This document shows, piece by piece, positions 9,198-20,617 of a stretch of 32,000 nt of DNA. A program made the position numbers and the translations under genes. The notes beneath the pieces were generated by a model. The model was given only the letters and a program-made list of their open reading frames with translations. It was not told where the DNA came from and did no database searches. The stretch spans positions 2,370,001-2,402,000 of the forward strand of contig NZ_CP015137.1 in the NCBI RefSeq assembly GCF_001644705.1, given 5' to 3'. The first letter of the stretch is position 1. Each line of letters begins with the position of its first letter. The DNA comes from Dickeya solani IPO 2222. GTDB taxonomy: Bacteria; Pseudomonadota; Gammaproteobacteria; Enterobacterales; Enterobacteriaceae.

Positions 9198-10730
9198 GTG
9201 GAGATCTCCTTGTTTTATGGCGTCGGCGGCTGCGTGGTCGGCCTGTTGCTGGGCTGGCTGGCAGCCAGCCTGTGGCAGCAGCAGCGTCAGGCGCGGCATG
9301 ACACCGAGTTACAGTTGCAACAGCAGGCGCTGGAACAGACGCGCCAGCAGCTGATTGAAAGCCAGCAGATACGGCGGCAGGACCAGCAGCGGCTGGATCA
9401 GCAGACGCAGGAGCTGCGCACGCTGCACGGCCAACTGGCGGCTGGCGAGGAAAAATTGCGGCAACTGGCGGAATTGCGGGACGAGTGCGTTCAGCTTAAT
9501 CAGGAGCTGCGTGCGCTGCGTGAAGCCAATGGCGCGCAGGAAGCGGAACTGCGTGAAGTGACGATCCGCCTTGAAGAAACCCGACTGGCGGCGGAAGAAA
9601 AGCAGCGGTTGTTGATGAACAGCGAGCAGCGGTTGTCCACCCAGTTTGAAAACCTTGCCAATCGCATCTTTGAACAGAACGGGAACAAGGTGGATCAACA
9701 AAATCAGCAGAGCATGGAAAAGCTGCTGACGCCGCTGCGCGAACAACTGGACGGTTTTCGCCGTCAGGTGCAGGAGAGCTTTGGCACGGAATCGAAGGAG
9801 CGACACACGCTGGCCCATGAGATCCGTAATCTGCAACAGCTTAATGCCCGCATGGCGCAAGAAGCCATCAACCTCACCAATGCGCTGAAAGGGGACAACA
9901 AGACCCAGGGCAACTGGGGAGAAGTGGTGTTAAGCCGGGTGCTGGAAAGCTCCGGGCTGCGCGAAGGGCATGAGTATGACATCCAGGTCAGCGTGCAAAC
10001 CGGCAACAACAGTCGTCTGCAACCGGATGTGATCGTCCGGCTGCCGCACGGCAAAGATGTAGTCATTGACGCCAAAATGTCGTTGGTCGCCTATGAGCGC
10101 TATTTCAATAGCGACAACGAGGTCGAGCGGGCGGCGGCGCTAAACGAGCACCTGCTGTCCATCCGCAATCATATCCGGCTGCTGGGCAGCAAAGACTACC
10201 AGCAACTGCCGGGGTTGCGTTCGCTCGACTATGTCCTGATGTTCATCCCGGTCGAGCCGGCGTTCCTGGTGGCGATCGACCGCCAGCCTGAACTGATTAC
10301 CGAGGCATTGCGTCACAATATTATGCTGGTCAGCCCCACGACTTTGCTGGTAGCGTTACGGACAATTAACAATCTCTGGCGTTACGAGCAGCAAAGCCGC
10401 AATGCGCAGCTGATCGCCGAACGGGCATCACGGCTGTATGACAAACTGCGTTTGTTCGTTGACGATATGGCCGCGCTGGGGCAAGGGCTGGACAAGGCGC
10501 AGGCCGGTTACCGTCAGGCGATGAAAAAGCTGGCGTCCGGGCGTGGCAACCTGATCGGTCAGGCCGAAGGGTTTCGTGCGCTGGGGGTGGAGATTAAGCG
10601 GCCGGTCAACGTGCCCGTAATGCAAGACGAACCGTTGGCGTATGATGAGTTGCCCGTGCTGTCGCAGGATCTGGATGACGATGCGGCTGAACGCGGTACG
10701 GATGATGTGCCAAACGGCACGGCGGTATGA
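9198..10730 (+). CDS. rmuC: DNA recombination protein RmuC
   Basis: The 510-aa ORF has an N-terminal TM segment and a long Q/E/R-rich coiled coil. The conserved RmuC core follows (NSEQRLSTQFENLANRIFE...GNWGEVVLSRVLESSGLREG...PDVIVRLPHGKDVVIDAK...MFIPVEPAF). The start is taken as GTG 9198, with GGAGG at 9189-9193. The exact start is uncertain. Confidence 0.88.
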   Translation: MEISLFYGVGGCVVGLLLGWLAASLWQQQRQARHDTELQLQQQALEQTRQQLIESQQIRRQDQQRLDQQTQELRTLHGQLAAGEEKLRQLAELRDECVQLNQELRALREANGAQEAELREVTIRLEETRLAAEEKQRLLMNSEQRLSTQFENLANRIFEQNGNKVDQQNQQSMEKLLTPLREQLDGFRRQVQESFGTESKERHTLAHEIRNLQQLNARMAQEAINLTNALKGDNKTQGNWGEVVLSRVLESSGLREGHEYDIQVSVQTGNNSRLQPDVIVRLPHGKDVVIDAKMSLVAYERYFNSDNEVERAAALNEHLLSIRNHIRLLGSKDYQQLPGLRSLDYVLMFIPVEPAFLVAIDRQPELITEALRHNIMLVSPTTLLVALRTINNLWRYEQQSRNAQLIAERASRLYDKLRLFVDDMAALGQGLDKAQAGYRQAMKKLASGRGNLIGQAEGFRALGVEIKRPVNVPVMQDEPLAYDELPVLSQDLDDDAAERGTDDVPNGTAV

Positions 10731-10864
10731 TGTTGATCAGGTTCGATGTTCAGGGTGAAAAGAAGGGCGGTCGCTTTGGGGCGGGGTCTGTTACACTCTC
10801 TATCCATTAATGCTACCCATTAATGGGTAACAAGATCCTGAAGTTGAAAAAGCAGGCGGATAAC

Positions 10865-11620
10865 ATGGTAGACGATTCGGAAAAAACGACACATTTTGGT
10901 TTTCGCACGGTGGCTAAAGACGATAAAGAAGCCATGGTAGCGGGTGTTTTTCATTCTGTGGCGGCCAAGTATGACCTGATGAACGATCTGATGTCGTTTG
11001 GCATTCACCGCATCTGGAAACGGTTTACCATCGAATGCAGCGGTGTGCGCCGTGGCCAGCGCGTGCTGGATCTGGCTGGCGGTACCGGCGACCTGACCGC
11101 CAAATTCTCCCGTCTGGTGGGCGATGAAGGCGAAGTGGTGCTGGCGGATATCAACGCGTCGATGTTGAAAGTAGGACGCGAGAAACTGCGCAACCACGGT
11201 GTGGTGGGTAATATCAGCTATGTTCAGGCCAACGCCGAAGCCCTGCCGTTTCCGGATAACTTTTTCGACTGCATCACTATTTCGTTCGGATTGCGTAACG
11301 TAACCGAAAAAGAGAAGGCGCTACGTTCCATGTATCGGGTGCTGAAGCCCGGTGGTCGCCTGTTGGTGTTGGAGTTTTCGAAACCAACCGTGAAAGCGTT
11401 AAGCAAGGTATACGATGCTTACTCTTTCCACGTGCTGCCCCGCATTGGCGAAATGATAGCCAGCGACGCCGGCAGCTACCGCTATCTGGCGGAGTCTATC
11501 CGTATGCACCCGGATCAGGAAACCCTGAAAGGGATGATGGGCGATGCCGGTTTTGACAGTGTGGATTACTTCAATCTGACCAGCGGTATCGTGGCACTGC
11601 ATCGCGGATTTAAATTCTGA
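10865..11620 (+). CDS. ubiE: Demethylmenaquinone/ubiquinone C-methyltransferase
   Basis: The ATG at 10865 gives [41 protein letters not shown] and 251 aa, like E. coli UbiE. The SAM motif [11 protein letters not shown] is present. The track start at 10823 is an upstream extension. Confidence 0.95.
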   Translation: MVDDSEKTTHFGFRTVAKDDKEAMVAGVFHSVAAKYDLMNDLMSFGIHRIWKRFTIECSGVRRGQRVLDLAGGTGDLTAKFSRLVGDEGEVVLADINASMLKVGREKLRNHGVVGNISYVQANAEALPFPDNFFDCITISFGLRNVTEKEKALRSMYRVLKPGGRLLVLEFSKPTVKALSKVYDAYSFHVLPRIGEMIASDAGSYRYLAESIRMHPDQETLKGMMGDAGFDSVDYFNLTSGIVALHRGFKF

Positions 11621-11633
11621 GTTGGATACTCCC

Positions 11634-12242
11634 ATGTTGATAATGCCTGTGTTGACGGCGGCACTGGAAACAGCGCTCAACCAGTTGTTGTTCCGCGACC
11701 GGAGCATGAAAGCCGCCCGTCAGCGTTTGCACGGAAAAACGTTGCGAGTTGAAGTAGCGGAGTGGGATACGCCGCTGGTATTGGTTTTCTCCGAGCACCG
11801 TCTCGATGTAATGAGTCAGTGGTCGGCGCAGCCGGATTGTCTGTTGCAGACCCGCCTGTCGGCGCTGGTGAAACTGCGCGACCGGCAGCAATTGTCGGCG
11901 TTGATGCGCAGTGGCGATCTGGTGTTGGAAGGCGATATTCAGGTTGCGCAGCAGTTTGTCACCTTGCTGGATCAGGCGGAGTTTGACCCGGCGGAGTGGC
12001 TGTCGCCCTGGCTTGGCGATGTGGTGGCGGAAGGGTTGAGCAAATCGGCTGGCAACGTGGCTGGGGCGCTAATGCGTTCGGCGTGTCGCCAGCAGCAGGC
12101 GTTGTCTGAAACGGTGACCGAAGAGTGGCGTCTGGCGCCGGGTAAACTGGAAGGGCTATGGTTTGCCGATGAAGTAGACGCGCTGGTGCAGTCGGCGGAA
12201 ACCCTGTCCGACCGGCTGGCAAAACTGGAGGGATCACCATGA
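11634..12242 (+). CDS. ubiJ: Ubiquinone biosynthesis accessory factor UbiJ (YigP)
   Basis: The SCP2-like protein is colinear with E. coli UbiJ (LRVEV...[12 protein letters not shown]...[29 protein letters not shown]...AEFDPAEWL). The start is ambiguous: ATG 11634, ATG 11643 (which aligns best with E. coli MPFKPL) or the track TTG 11622. The stop overlaps the ubiB ATG (ATGA). Confidence 0.85.
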   Translation: MLIMPVLTAALETALNQLLFRDRSMKAARQRLHGKTLRVEVAEWDTPLVLVFSEHRLDVMSQWSAQPDCLLQTRLSALVKLRDRQQLSALMRSGDLVLEGDIQVAQQFVTLLDQAEFDPAEWLSPWLGDVVAEGLSKSAGNVAGALMRSACRQQQALSETVTEEWRLAPGKLEGLWFADEVDALVQSAETLSDRLAKLEGSP

Positions 12243-13876
12243 CGCCGGGAGAGTTGTTGCGGTTGTACCGGATTATCGGGGTGCTGCTGAGCTATGGTCT
12301 GGATGAACTGATTCCGCGTATTCCTCTGACGACGCCGTTGCGTCTTTGGCGTTGCCTGTGGTTCTGGCTGCCGAATCGTCACAAGGAAAAACCATTGGGT
12401 GAGCGTTTGCGTCTGGCGCTGCAGGAGCTGGGTCCGGTGTGGATCAAGTTCGGCCAGATGATGTCGACCCGCCGTGACTTGTTCCCCCCCGCTATTGCTG
12501 ACCAACTGGCGATGTTGCAGGACCAGGTGGAGCCGTTTGATGGCGAGCTGGCCCGTCGGCAGATTGAGACGTCGATGGGCGGAAAACTGGAAACCTGGTT
12601 CGATGATTTTGACGTCAAACCGCTGGCGTCAGCGTCGATTGCCCAGGTGCATACCGCCAGGCTGAAAACCACCGGTAAGAACATCGTCATCAAAGTCATT
12701 CGCCCGGATATTCTGCCGGTCATCAAGGCGGACATGCGGCTGATGAATCGTCTGGCCGGTTGGCTGCCGATTCTGCTGCCTGATGGGCGTCGTCTGCGGC
12801 CGCGCGAAGTGGTGCGCGAGTATGAAAAAACGCTGCTGGATGAGCTGAACCTGCTGCGTGAAGCCGCCAACGCCATCCAGTTGCGGCGGAATTTTGAAAA
12901 CAGTCCGATGCTGTATGTGCCGGAAGTCTATTCTGATTACTGCACCGAACAGGTGCTGGTGATGGAGCGTATTTACGGCATTCCGGTGTCGGATGTGGAA
13001 GCGCTGAAACGGCATGGCATCAATATGCCGTTGCTGGCCGAGCGCGGTGTACAAGTCTTTTTCACCCAGGTGTTCCGCGACAGTTTTTTCCATGCCGATA
13101 TGCATCCCGGCAATATCTTCATCAGCTACGAGCATCCAGAAGACCCGCAATATATCGGCATTGACTGCGGCATTGTCGGTTCGTTGAATAAAAACGATAA
13201 GCGCTATCTGGCGGAGAACTTTATTGCCTTTTTCAACCGCGACTACCGCCGTGTCGCCGAACTGCATGTAGACTCCGGCTGGGTTCCGCAAGACACCAAT
13301 GTAGAAGAGTTCGAATTCGCCATCCGTACCGTGTGTGAGCCAATATTTGAAAAGCCGTTAGCAGAAATTTCTTTCGGTCATGTATTATTGAACCTCTTTA
13401 ATACGGCGCGTCGCTTCAATATGGAAGTGCAGCCCCAACTGGTGTTGCTTCAGAAGACGTTACTGTACATTGAGGGTGTGGGGCGTCAGCTCTACCCGCA
13501 GTTGGATTTGTGGAAGACGGCCAAGCCTTTTCTGGAAACCTGGCTGAAGGATCAGGTTGGATTGCCCGCCATGTTGCGCGCATTTAAAGAGAAGGCGCCG
13601 TTTTGGGCGGAAAAACTGCCTGAGATTCCCGAATTATTCTATGACGGTTTACGCCAGCATAAGATGCTGAAGCAGAACATGGCGCTGTTGACCAGCGAGC
13701 TGCGGACACAACGCACCCGTCATGGTCGGGCCCATTATCTGTTGGGTGTAGGGGCGACGCTGCTGTTGAGTGGGACGATACTGTTGGTCAGTCAGGTAGA
13801 GGCCGATGTCGTACCGGCTGGCCTGATCGCCGCCGGTTTTGTGGCCTGGATTGTTGGCTGGCGTTGCACCCGTTGA
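12239..13876 (+). CDS. ubiB: Ubiquinone biosynthesis regulatory kinase-like protein UbiB
   Basis: The 545-aa ORF contains [54 protein letters not shown] and [11 protein letters not shown], with two C-terminal TM segments. It is colinear with E. coli UbiB. Confidence 0.96.
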   Translation: MTPGELLRLYRIIGVLLSYGLDELIPRIPLTTPLRLWRCLWFWLPNRHKEKPLGERLRLALQELGPVWIKFGQMMSTRRDLFPPAIADQLAMLQDQVEPFDGELARRQIETSMGGKLETWFDDFDVKPLASASIAQVHTARLKTTGKNIVIKVIRPDILPVIKADMRLMNRLAGWLPILLPDGRRLRPREVVREYEKTLLDELNLLREAANAIQLRRNFENSPMLYVPEVYSDYCTEQVLVMERIYGIPVSDVEALKRHGINMPLLAERGVQVFFTQVFRDSFFHADMHPGNIFISYEHPEDPQYIGIDCGIVGSLNKNDKRYLAENFIAFFNRDYRRVAELHVDSGWVPQDTNVEEFEFAIRTVCEPIFEKPLAEISFGHVLLNLFNTARRFNMEVQPQLVLLQKTLLYIEGVGRQLYPQLDLWKTAKPFLETWLKDQVGLPAMLRAFKEKAPFWAEKLPEIPELFYDGLRQHKMLKQNMALLTSELRTQRTRHGRAHYLLGVGATLLLSGTILLVSQVEADVVPAGLIAAGFVAWIVGWRCTR

Positions 13877-13956
13877 ACCAGCGCCTCATCAGGCGCCTGA
13901 CGGTCCCTGATGAACGTGTTACATGAATTCCTTTTGAGTAAAGAGGTAAGCACAGT

Positions 13957-14211
13957 ATGGGCGGTATTAGTATCTGGAATCTGTTGGTTATCGCGGTGAT
14001 CGTGGTACTGCTGTTCGGAACCAACAAACTGAGAACCCTGGGCTCCGACCTGGGCGCGTCAATTAAGGGCTTCAAGAAAGCGATGAGCGACGATCAGCCC
14101 GCTGCCAACGACGACAAACAGCAGGACGCTGACTTTGCGACCAAGTCCATTTCGGAACAGAAGCCGCAGGCCAGTCAGGAAGATAAAAGCCAGCATAAAG
14201 AGCAGGTGTAA
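13957..14211 (+). CDS. tatA: Twin-arginine translocase subunit TatA
   Basis: [46 protein letters not shown] matches the E. coli TatA N-terminus. AGAGG lies upstream of the ATG. Confidence 0.96.
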   Translation: MGGISIWNLLVIAVIVVLLFGTNKLRTLGSDLGASIKGFKKAMSDDQPAANDDKQQDADFATKSISEQKPQASQEDKSQHKEQV

Positions 14212-14214
14212 CCG

Positions 14215-14787
14215 GTGTTTGATATCGGGTTTAGTGAACTGCTATTGGTGATGGTGATCGGTCTGGTAGTGCTGGGGCCTGAACGTCTGCCGGTAGCGGT
14301 AAAAACCGTGGCGGGATGGATTCGCGCGCTGCGCTCGCTGGCATCGACGGTGCAAAACGAGCTGGTGCAGGAGATGAAACTGCAGGAATTGCAGGACAGC
14401 CTGAAGAAAGTGGAGCAGGCCAGCCAACTGCAGAACTTGTCGCCGGAGCTCAAAGCGTCGATGGATGAACTGAAAGAGGCTGCCGAAGCGATGAAGCGCC
14501 CTCACGGTATCAAGCTGGATGGCAGTGACGCGCCGGAGCATGTACCGCTTGCCGATCCTGAGGCGGCGCACGATGGTGTTCTGGAAGCCGAGCGTAATGT
14601 CGCGCCAGCGGTCACCACGCCTCTCGTTGAGACACCGCAGCCGGCCCCGCGCGGCGATGCAATGACGGCGGTACCGCCGACAGCGCCTGTGTCTGCAGAT
14701 GTTGCGTCCGTTAGCCATGCTGAAAGCAAGACCAAATCTGAACCGACGACGTCAGTGTCTTCTTCCCAACCTTCTGGTGATCGTTAA
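14215..14787 (+). CDS. tatB: Twin-arginine translocase subunit TatB
   Basis: The GTG start lies 3 nt after the tatA stop. (M)[49 protein letters not shown] matches E. coli TatB. The C-terminal tail is low-complexity. Confidence 0.95.
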   Translation: MFDIGFSELLLVMVIGLVVLGPERLPVAVKTVAGWIRALRSLASTVQNELVQEMKLQELQDSLKKVEQASQLQNLSPELKASMDELKEAAEAMKRPHGIKLDGSDAPEHVPLADPEAAHDGVLEAERNVAPAVTTPLVETPQPAPRGDAMTAVPPTAPVSADVASVSHAESKTKSEPTTSVSSSQPSGDR

Positions 14788-14790
14788 CCT

Positions 14791-15558
14791 ATGGCTGTTG
14801 ATCAAACCCAACCACTGATCAGCCATCTGATCGAACTGCGTAAGCGGTTGTTGAATAGCATTATCAGCGTGCTGGCGATGTTTTTGGCACTGGTCTATTT
14901 CGCTAATGACATCTATCAGTTTGTCTCTGCGCCGCTAATCAAACAGTTGCCGGCCGGCGCCAGTATGATTGCGACTGACGTGGCCTCGCCGTTTTTCACC
15001 CCGATCAAGCTAACGCTGATTGTTTCGGTGTTTTTGTCTGCCCCGTTGGTGTTGTATCAGGTGTGGGCGTTTGTGGCGCCGGCGTTGTACAAACATGAGC
15101 AGCGGTTGATGATGCCGTTGTTGGTGTCCAGCAGCCTGTTGTTCTATATGGGAATGGCGTTCGCCTATTTCGTTGTCTTCCCGCTGGCGTTCAGCTTCTT
15201 TGCCCAGACCGCGCCGAAAGGGGTGCTGATTGCCACCGATATCAACAACTACCTCGATTTCGTGATGGCGCTATTCATGGCGTTCGGCGTGTCGTTCGAA
15301 GTGCCGGTGGCGATCGTGCTGCTGTGCTGGAGCGGGGTGGTGACGCCGGAGAGCCTGAAACAGAAGCGGCCCTATGTGCTGGTAGGCGCGTTCGTAGTTG
15401 GCATGTTGCTGACGCCGCCGGATGTGTTCTCCCAGACTTTGCTGGCGATCCCGATGTATTTGCTGTTTGAAATCGGCGTGTTTTTCGCCCGGTTCTACGT
15501 CGGCAAACGGCGTCGGGCGGAGGACGAAGACGTGGACGAGTCTGCGCCGTCTCCCTGA
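14791..15558 (+). CDS. tatC: Twin-arginine translocase subunit TatC
   Basis: The 255-aa polytopic membrane protein has [15 protein letters not shown] near its N-terminus and the conserved [10 protein letters not shown] and FEVPV motifs. Confidence 0.96.
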   Translation: MAVDQTQPLISHLIELRKRLLNSIISVLAMFLALVYFANDIYQFVSAPLIKQLPAGASMIATDVASPFFTPIKLTLIVSVFLSAPLVLYQVWAFVAPALYKHEQRLMMPLLVSSSLLFYMGMAFAYFVVFPLAFSFFAQTAPKGVLIATDINNYLDFVMALFMAFGVSFEVPVAIVLLCWSGVVTPESLKQKRPYVLVGAFVVGMLLTPPDVFSQTLLAIPMYLLFEIGVFFARFYVGKRRRAEDEDVDESAPSP

Positions 15559-15594
15559 GTGGCGTCTCGTCGTGAAACGGCGGCCTTCTTACTG

Positions 15595-15624
15595 CAACAC
15601 CTCTTTCGGGAGGTGTTGTTTTTT
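15595..15624 (+). terminator. Rho-independent terminator after tatC
   Basis: CAACACCTC (15595-15603) pairs with GAGGTGTTG (15610-15618) around a 6-nt loop, followed by T6 (15619-15624). A second hairpin, GGTTATCC/GGATAACC at 15627-15646, follows immediately. Confidence 0.75.
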
Positions 15625-15671
15625 GGGGTTATCCACCGGGATAACCGTGATGGATTTTTGGATATCTGCGC

Positions 15672-17491
<1,820 letters not shown>

Positions 17492-17495
17492 TGAT

Positions 17496-17524
17496 AAACC
17501 GTCAGGGCTGCGCCCTGACGGTTT
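17496..17524. terminator. Bidirectional terminator between convergent hemB and rfaH
   Basis: AAACCGTCAGGGC (17496-17508) pairs perfectly with GCCCTGACGGTTT (17512-17524) around a 3-nt loop. The A/T-run arms give a U-tract in both orientations. The hairpin overlaps the rfaH stop codon. Confidence 0.82.
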
Positions 17525-18011
17525 ACGCTTTTCGGAACTGGCGGTTGTCGATGCTTTGCCGCACCTGCTTGTTCAGCAGATTGAGCAGCAGCATGGAGCG
17601 CGCTTCGCCATCCGGTTCGGTGTAGATGGCCTGCAGGCCGCTGAACACCCCTTCAGTAATAGTCACCTGGTCGCCGGGTTGCGGCGTTTCCGGGTCGATA
17701 TGCGTGGCGCAAGGATGTTGCAGCAAATCGTCGATCACCTGTTGCGGCACCAGTGCCGGCAGGTTACCAAAGCGGACAAAATGGCTCACGCCGCGCGTTG
17801 AGCTGATGGTGGTGGTATGTATGTGCTCCGGGTCGAACTCGACGAACAGGTAATTGGGGAACAGCGGCTCGCTGACCTCGGTTCGTTTTCCTCGTACGAT
17901 TTTCTCCAGCGCGATCATCGGGCTCAGGCAGACCACTTCCTGACGTTCCAGGTGTTCTTTTGCCCGTAACAGTTGGCCGCGTTTGCAATAAAGTAGGTAC
18001 CAGGCTCGCAT
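17523..18011 (-). CDS. rfaH: Transcription antitermination factor RfaH (NusG paralogue)
   Basis: The 162-aa ORF reads [26 protein letters not shown]...[13 protein letters not shown]...[19 protein letters not shown]. It is the same length as, and colinear with, E. coli RfaH. Confidence 0.96.
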   Translation of the reverse strand: MRAWYLLYCKRGQLLRAKEHLERQEVVCLSPMIALEKIVRGKRTEVSEPLFPNYLFVEFDPEHIHTTTISSTRGVSHFVRFGNLPALVPQQVIDDLLQHPCATHIDPETPQPGDQVTITEGVFSGLQAIYTEPDGEARSMLLLNLLNKQVRQSIDNRQFRKA

Positions 18012-18163
18012 AATTTCACTTTTCTGTGGCTTTCACAGCGGGAAAGGATAACAAAAGCGTTACGCCTTGCGGGATAAAAATTTCCGGGAGAAATGCCTAA
18101 TCGCGTGTCGCGTTGGCCATATGGAGTGAGCAGGCTGCCCGCCAGAAATAGCGCGGGTGGGAA

Positions 18164-18192
18164 GCGACAGCATGACCAAGAGCCTCTATAAT
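18164..18192 (+). promoter_or_regulatory. Candidate sigma70 promoter of ubiD
   Basis: The -35 is GCGACA (18164-18169), the spacer is 17 bp, and the -10 is a perfect TATAAT (18187-18192). The -10 lies 32 nt upstream of the ubiD ATG. This is sequence-pattern evidence only. Confidence 0.35.
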
Positions 18193-18224
18193 AGCCCCAC
18201 CACTGACCTTTCTGATGATTCAGC

Positions 18225-19712
18225 ATGAAATACCGTGACTTACGTGAATTTCTCGCTCAACTCGAAGCGAGAGGCGAGCTCAAACGTATCCACCAGCCGA
18301 TTGACCCCTATCTGGAAATGACCGAAATCGCCGATCGCACCTTGCGTGCCGAAGGCCCGGCCCTGCTGTTTGAAAATCCCAAAGGTTACGATATGCCGGT
18401 GCTGTGCAACCTGTTCGGCACGCCCAAGCGCGTGGCGCTGGGCATGGGACAGGAGGAGGTCAGCGCGTTGCGTGATGTCGGCCGCTTGCTGGCGTTTTTG
18501 AAAGAACCGGAGCCGCCGCGCGGTTTCCGCGATCTGGTGGACAAGCTGCCTAAATTCCGTCAGGTGCTCAATATGCCGACCAAACGGCTGTCGAGCGCGC
18601 CCTGCCAGGAACAGGTATGGGAAGGCGACGAGGTAGATCTGGGACGGATTCCGATTATGCACTGCTGGCCGGGCGATGCGGCGCCGCTGATCACCTGGGG
18701 GCTGACGGTGACGCGCGGGCCGTTCAAAGAGCGCCAGAATCTGGGCATTTACCGCCAGCAATTAATCGGCCGCAACAAGCTGATTATGCGCTGGCTGTCG
18801 CACCGGGGCGGCGCACTGGATTTTCAGGAGTGGCGCCAGCAGCATCCCGGCGAGCGTTTCCCGGTGGCGGTGGCGCTGGGCGCCGATCCCGCCACGATTT
18901 TAGGCGCGGTGACGCCGGTGCCGGATACCTTGTCCGAGTACGCTTTCGCCGGATTGCTGCGCGGTCACAAGACCGAAGTGGTGAAATGCCTGTCCAGCGA
19001 TCTGGAAGTGCCTGCCAGCGCCGAAATCGTGTTGGAAGGGTATATCGACGCGGATGAAACGGCGCCGGAAGGCCCTTATGGCGATCACACCGGTTATTAC
19101 AATGAAGTCGATCATTTTCCGGTTTTTACCGTCACCCATGTCACCCAGCGACGCGATGCGATTTACCATTCCACCTATACCGGTCGTCCGCCTGATGAGC
19201 CGGCGGTGCTGGGCGTGGCGCTGAACGAGGTGTTCGTGCCGCTGCTGCAAAAGCAGTTTCCTGAAATCGTCGACTTTTATCTGCCGCCGGAGGGCTGTTC
19301 TTACCGCCTGGCGGTGGTTACTATGAAGAAACAGTATGCCGGGCATGCCAAACGGGTGATGATGGGCGTCTGGTCCTTTTTGCGCCAGTTCATGTATACC
19401 AAATTCGTTATCGTCTGTGATGATGATATTAATGCCCGCGACTGGAAAGACGTGATCTGGGCGATCACCACGCGTATGGACCCCGCGCGCGATACCGTGC
19501 TGGTGGAAAATACGCCGATCGACTATCTGGATTTTGCCTCGCCGGTGTCCGGGCTCGGCTCCAAAATGGGGCTGGATGCCACCAATAAATGGCCGGGCGA
19601 GACGCAGCGAGAATGGGGTCACCCGATTACTAAAGACCCATCGGTTGTCGCTCGTGTGGATGCCATATGGGACGAGTTAGCCATATTGAATGACAGCGGT
19701 AAGCCGCGCTGA
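18225..19712 (+). CDS. ubiD: 4-hydroxy-3-polyprenylbenzoate decarboxylase
   Basis: The 495-aa ORF contains [42 protein letters not shown] and [11 protein letters not shown]. It is colinear with E. coli UbiD. Confidence 0.96.
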   Translation: MKYRDLREFLAQLEARGELKRIHQPIDPYLEMTEIADRTLRAEGPALLFENPKGYDMPVLCNLFGTPKRVALGMGQEEVSALRDVGRLLAFLKEPEPPRGFRDLVDKLPKFRQVLNMPTKRLSSAPCQEQVWEGDEVDLGRIPIMHCWPGDAAPLITWGLTVTRGPFKERQNLGIYRQQLIGRNKLIMRWLSHRGGALDFQEWRQQHPGERFPVAVALGADPATILGAVTPVPDTLSEYAFAGLLRGHKTEVVKCLSSDLEVPASAEIVLEGYIDADETAPEGPYGDHTGYYNEVDHFPVFTVTHVTQRRDAIYHSTYTGRPPDEPAVLGVALNEVFVPLLQKQFPEIVDFYLPPEGCSYRLAVVTMKKQYAGHAKRVMMGVWSFLRQFMYTKFVIVCDDDINARDWKDVIWAITTRMDPARDTVLVENTPIDYLDFASPVSGLGSKMGLDATNKWPGETQREWGHPITKDPSVVARVDAIWDELAILNDSGKPR

Positions 19713-19761
19713 CGGCGTTTATCCTGTTCTCCGTTTTGCCTTGACCCTACAGAGGGAACGC

Positions 19762-20463
19762 ATGACAACATTGAGCTGTACAGTAACGTCGGTGGAAGCC
19801 ATCACCGATACGGTTTACCGGGTGCGCTTATTGCCATCGGCACCTTTTTCCTTCCGTGCCGGGCAATATTTGATGGTGGTGATGGACGAGCGCGACAAGC
19901 GTCCGTTCTCCGTGGCCTCCACGCCTATTGAACAAGGGTCTATCGAATTGCATATCGGGGCCTCCGAGATGAATCTGTATGCGATGGCGGTGATGGATCG
20001 CATTCTGAAAGAAAAGTCGCTGGTGGTGGACATTCCCCACGGCGAGGCCTGGCTGCGTGAAGACAGCGATCGGCCGCTGATCCTGATTGCCGGCGGCACC
20101 GGATTCTCCTACGTGCGCTCCATTCTGCTGACAGTGCTGGCAAACCAGCCGACGCGTCAGGTATCCGTGTACTGGGGCGGACGCGAACTGCGCCACCTGT
20201 ACGATCTGGGGGAACTGGAGTCGCTGGCGCAGACGCATCCCAACCTGAACGTGATCCCGGTAGTCGAGCAGCCGGACGAGCAGTGGCATGGCCGCTCCGG
20301 TACGGTACTGAGCGCGGTGCTGCAGGACTTCGGTTCGCTGGCGCAGCACGATATTTACATCGCGGGCCGCTTCGAGATGGCGAAAATCGCCCGCGAGCGT
20401 TTCTGCAACGAACGTGGCGCACAGCTTGCGCACATGTACAGCGACGCTTTTTCTTTCATCTGA
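19762..20463 (+). CDS. fre: NAD(P)H-flavin reductase
   Basis: The ATG at 19762 gives [25 protein letters not shown]...RPFSVAS...[10 protein letters not shown] and 233 aa, like E. coli Fre. The track start at 19690 is an upstream extension. Confidence 0.95.
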   Translation: MTTLSCTVTSVEAITDTVYRVRLLPSAPFSFRAGQYLMVVMDERDKRPFSVASTPIEQGSIELHIGASEMNLYAMAVMDRILKEKSLVVDIPHGEAWLREDSDRPLILIAGGTGFSYVRSILLTVLANQPTRQVSVYWGGRELRHLYDLGELESLAQTHPNLNVIPVVEQPDEQWHGRSGTVLSAVLQDFGSLAQHDIYIAGRFEMAKIARERFCNERGAQLAHMYSDAFSFI

Positions 20464-20482
20464 TTCTTTCTGCGTTGTCTGT

Positions 20483-20517
20483 CACGGCCGGGAGTGATGC
20501 CCGGCCGTGCTGTTTTT
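20483..20517 (+). terminator. Rho-independent terminator after fre
   Basis: CACGGCCGGG (20483-20492) pairs with CCCGGCCGTG (20500-20509) around a 7-nt loop, followed by CTGTTTTT. Confidence 0.85.
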
Positions 20518-20522
20518 CAATT

Positions 20523-20577
20523 ACCTGAGGTGTCTCCCGAGTACCCGAGGTTTTTCAATGTACCCGAGTTTTTTCAC
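20523..20577. repeat. Cluster of short direct repeats, TACC(C/T)GAG(G)TTTTT(T)CA units
   Basis: TACCTGAGG is at 20523-20531, CCCGAG at 20536-20541, GTACCCGAGGTTTTTCA at 20541-20557 and GTACCCGAGTTTTTTCA at 20560-20576. The cluster sits between the fre terminator and the 3' end of the CoADR-rhodanese gene. Confidence 0.6.
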
Positions 20578-20617
20578 CTGCCCGCAGCGTTTCTACCGAT
20601 AGAACTCTCCGGCTTGC

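Noticed and set aside
13881-13918. Small inverted repeats between ubiB and tatA: GCGCCT/AGGCGC, and TCATCAGG/CCTGATGA.
   Set aside because: The stems are short (6-8 bp) with no U-tract. The region must also carry the tatA promoter. The evidence is insufficient to call a terminator or an operator.
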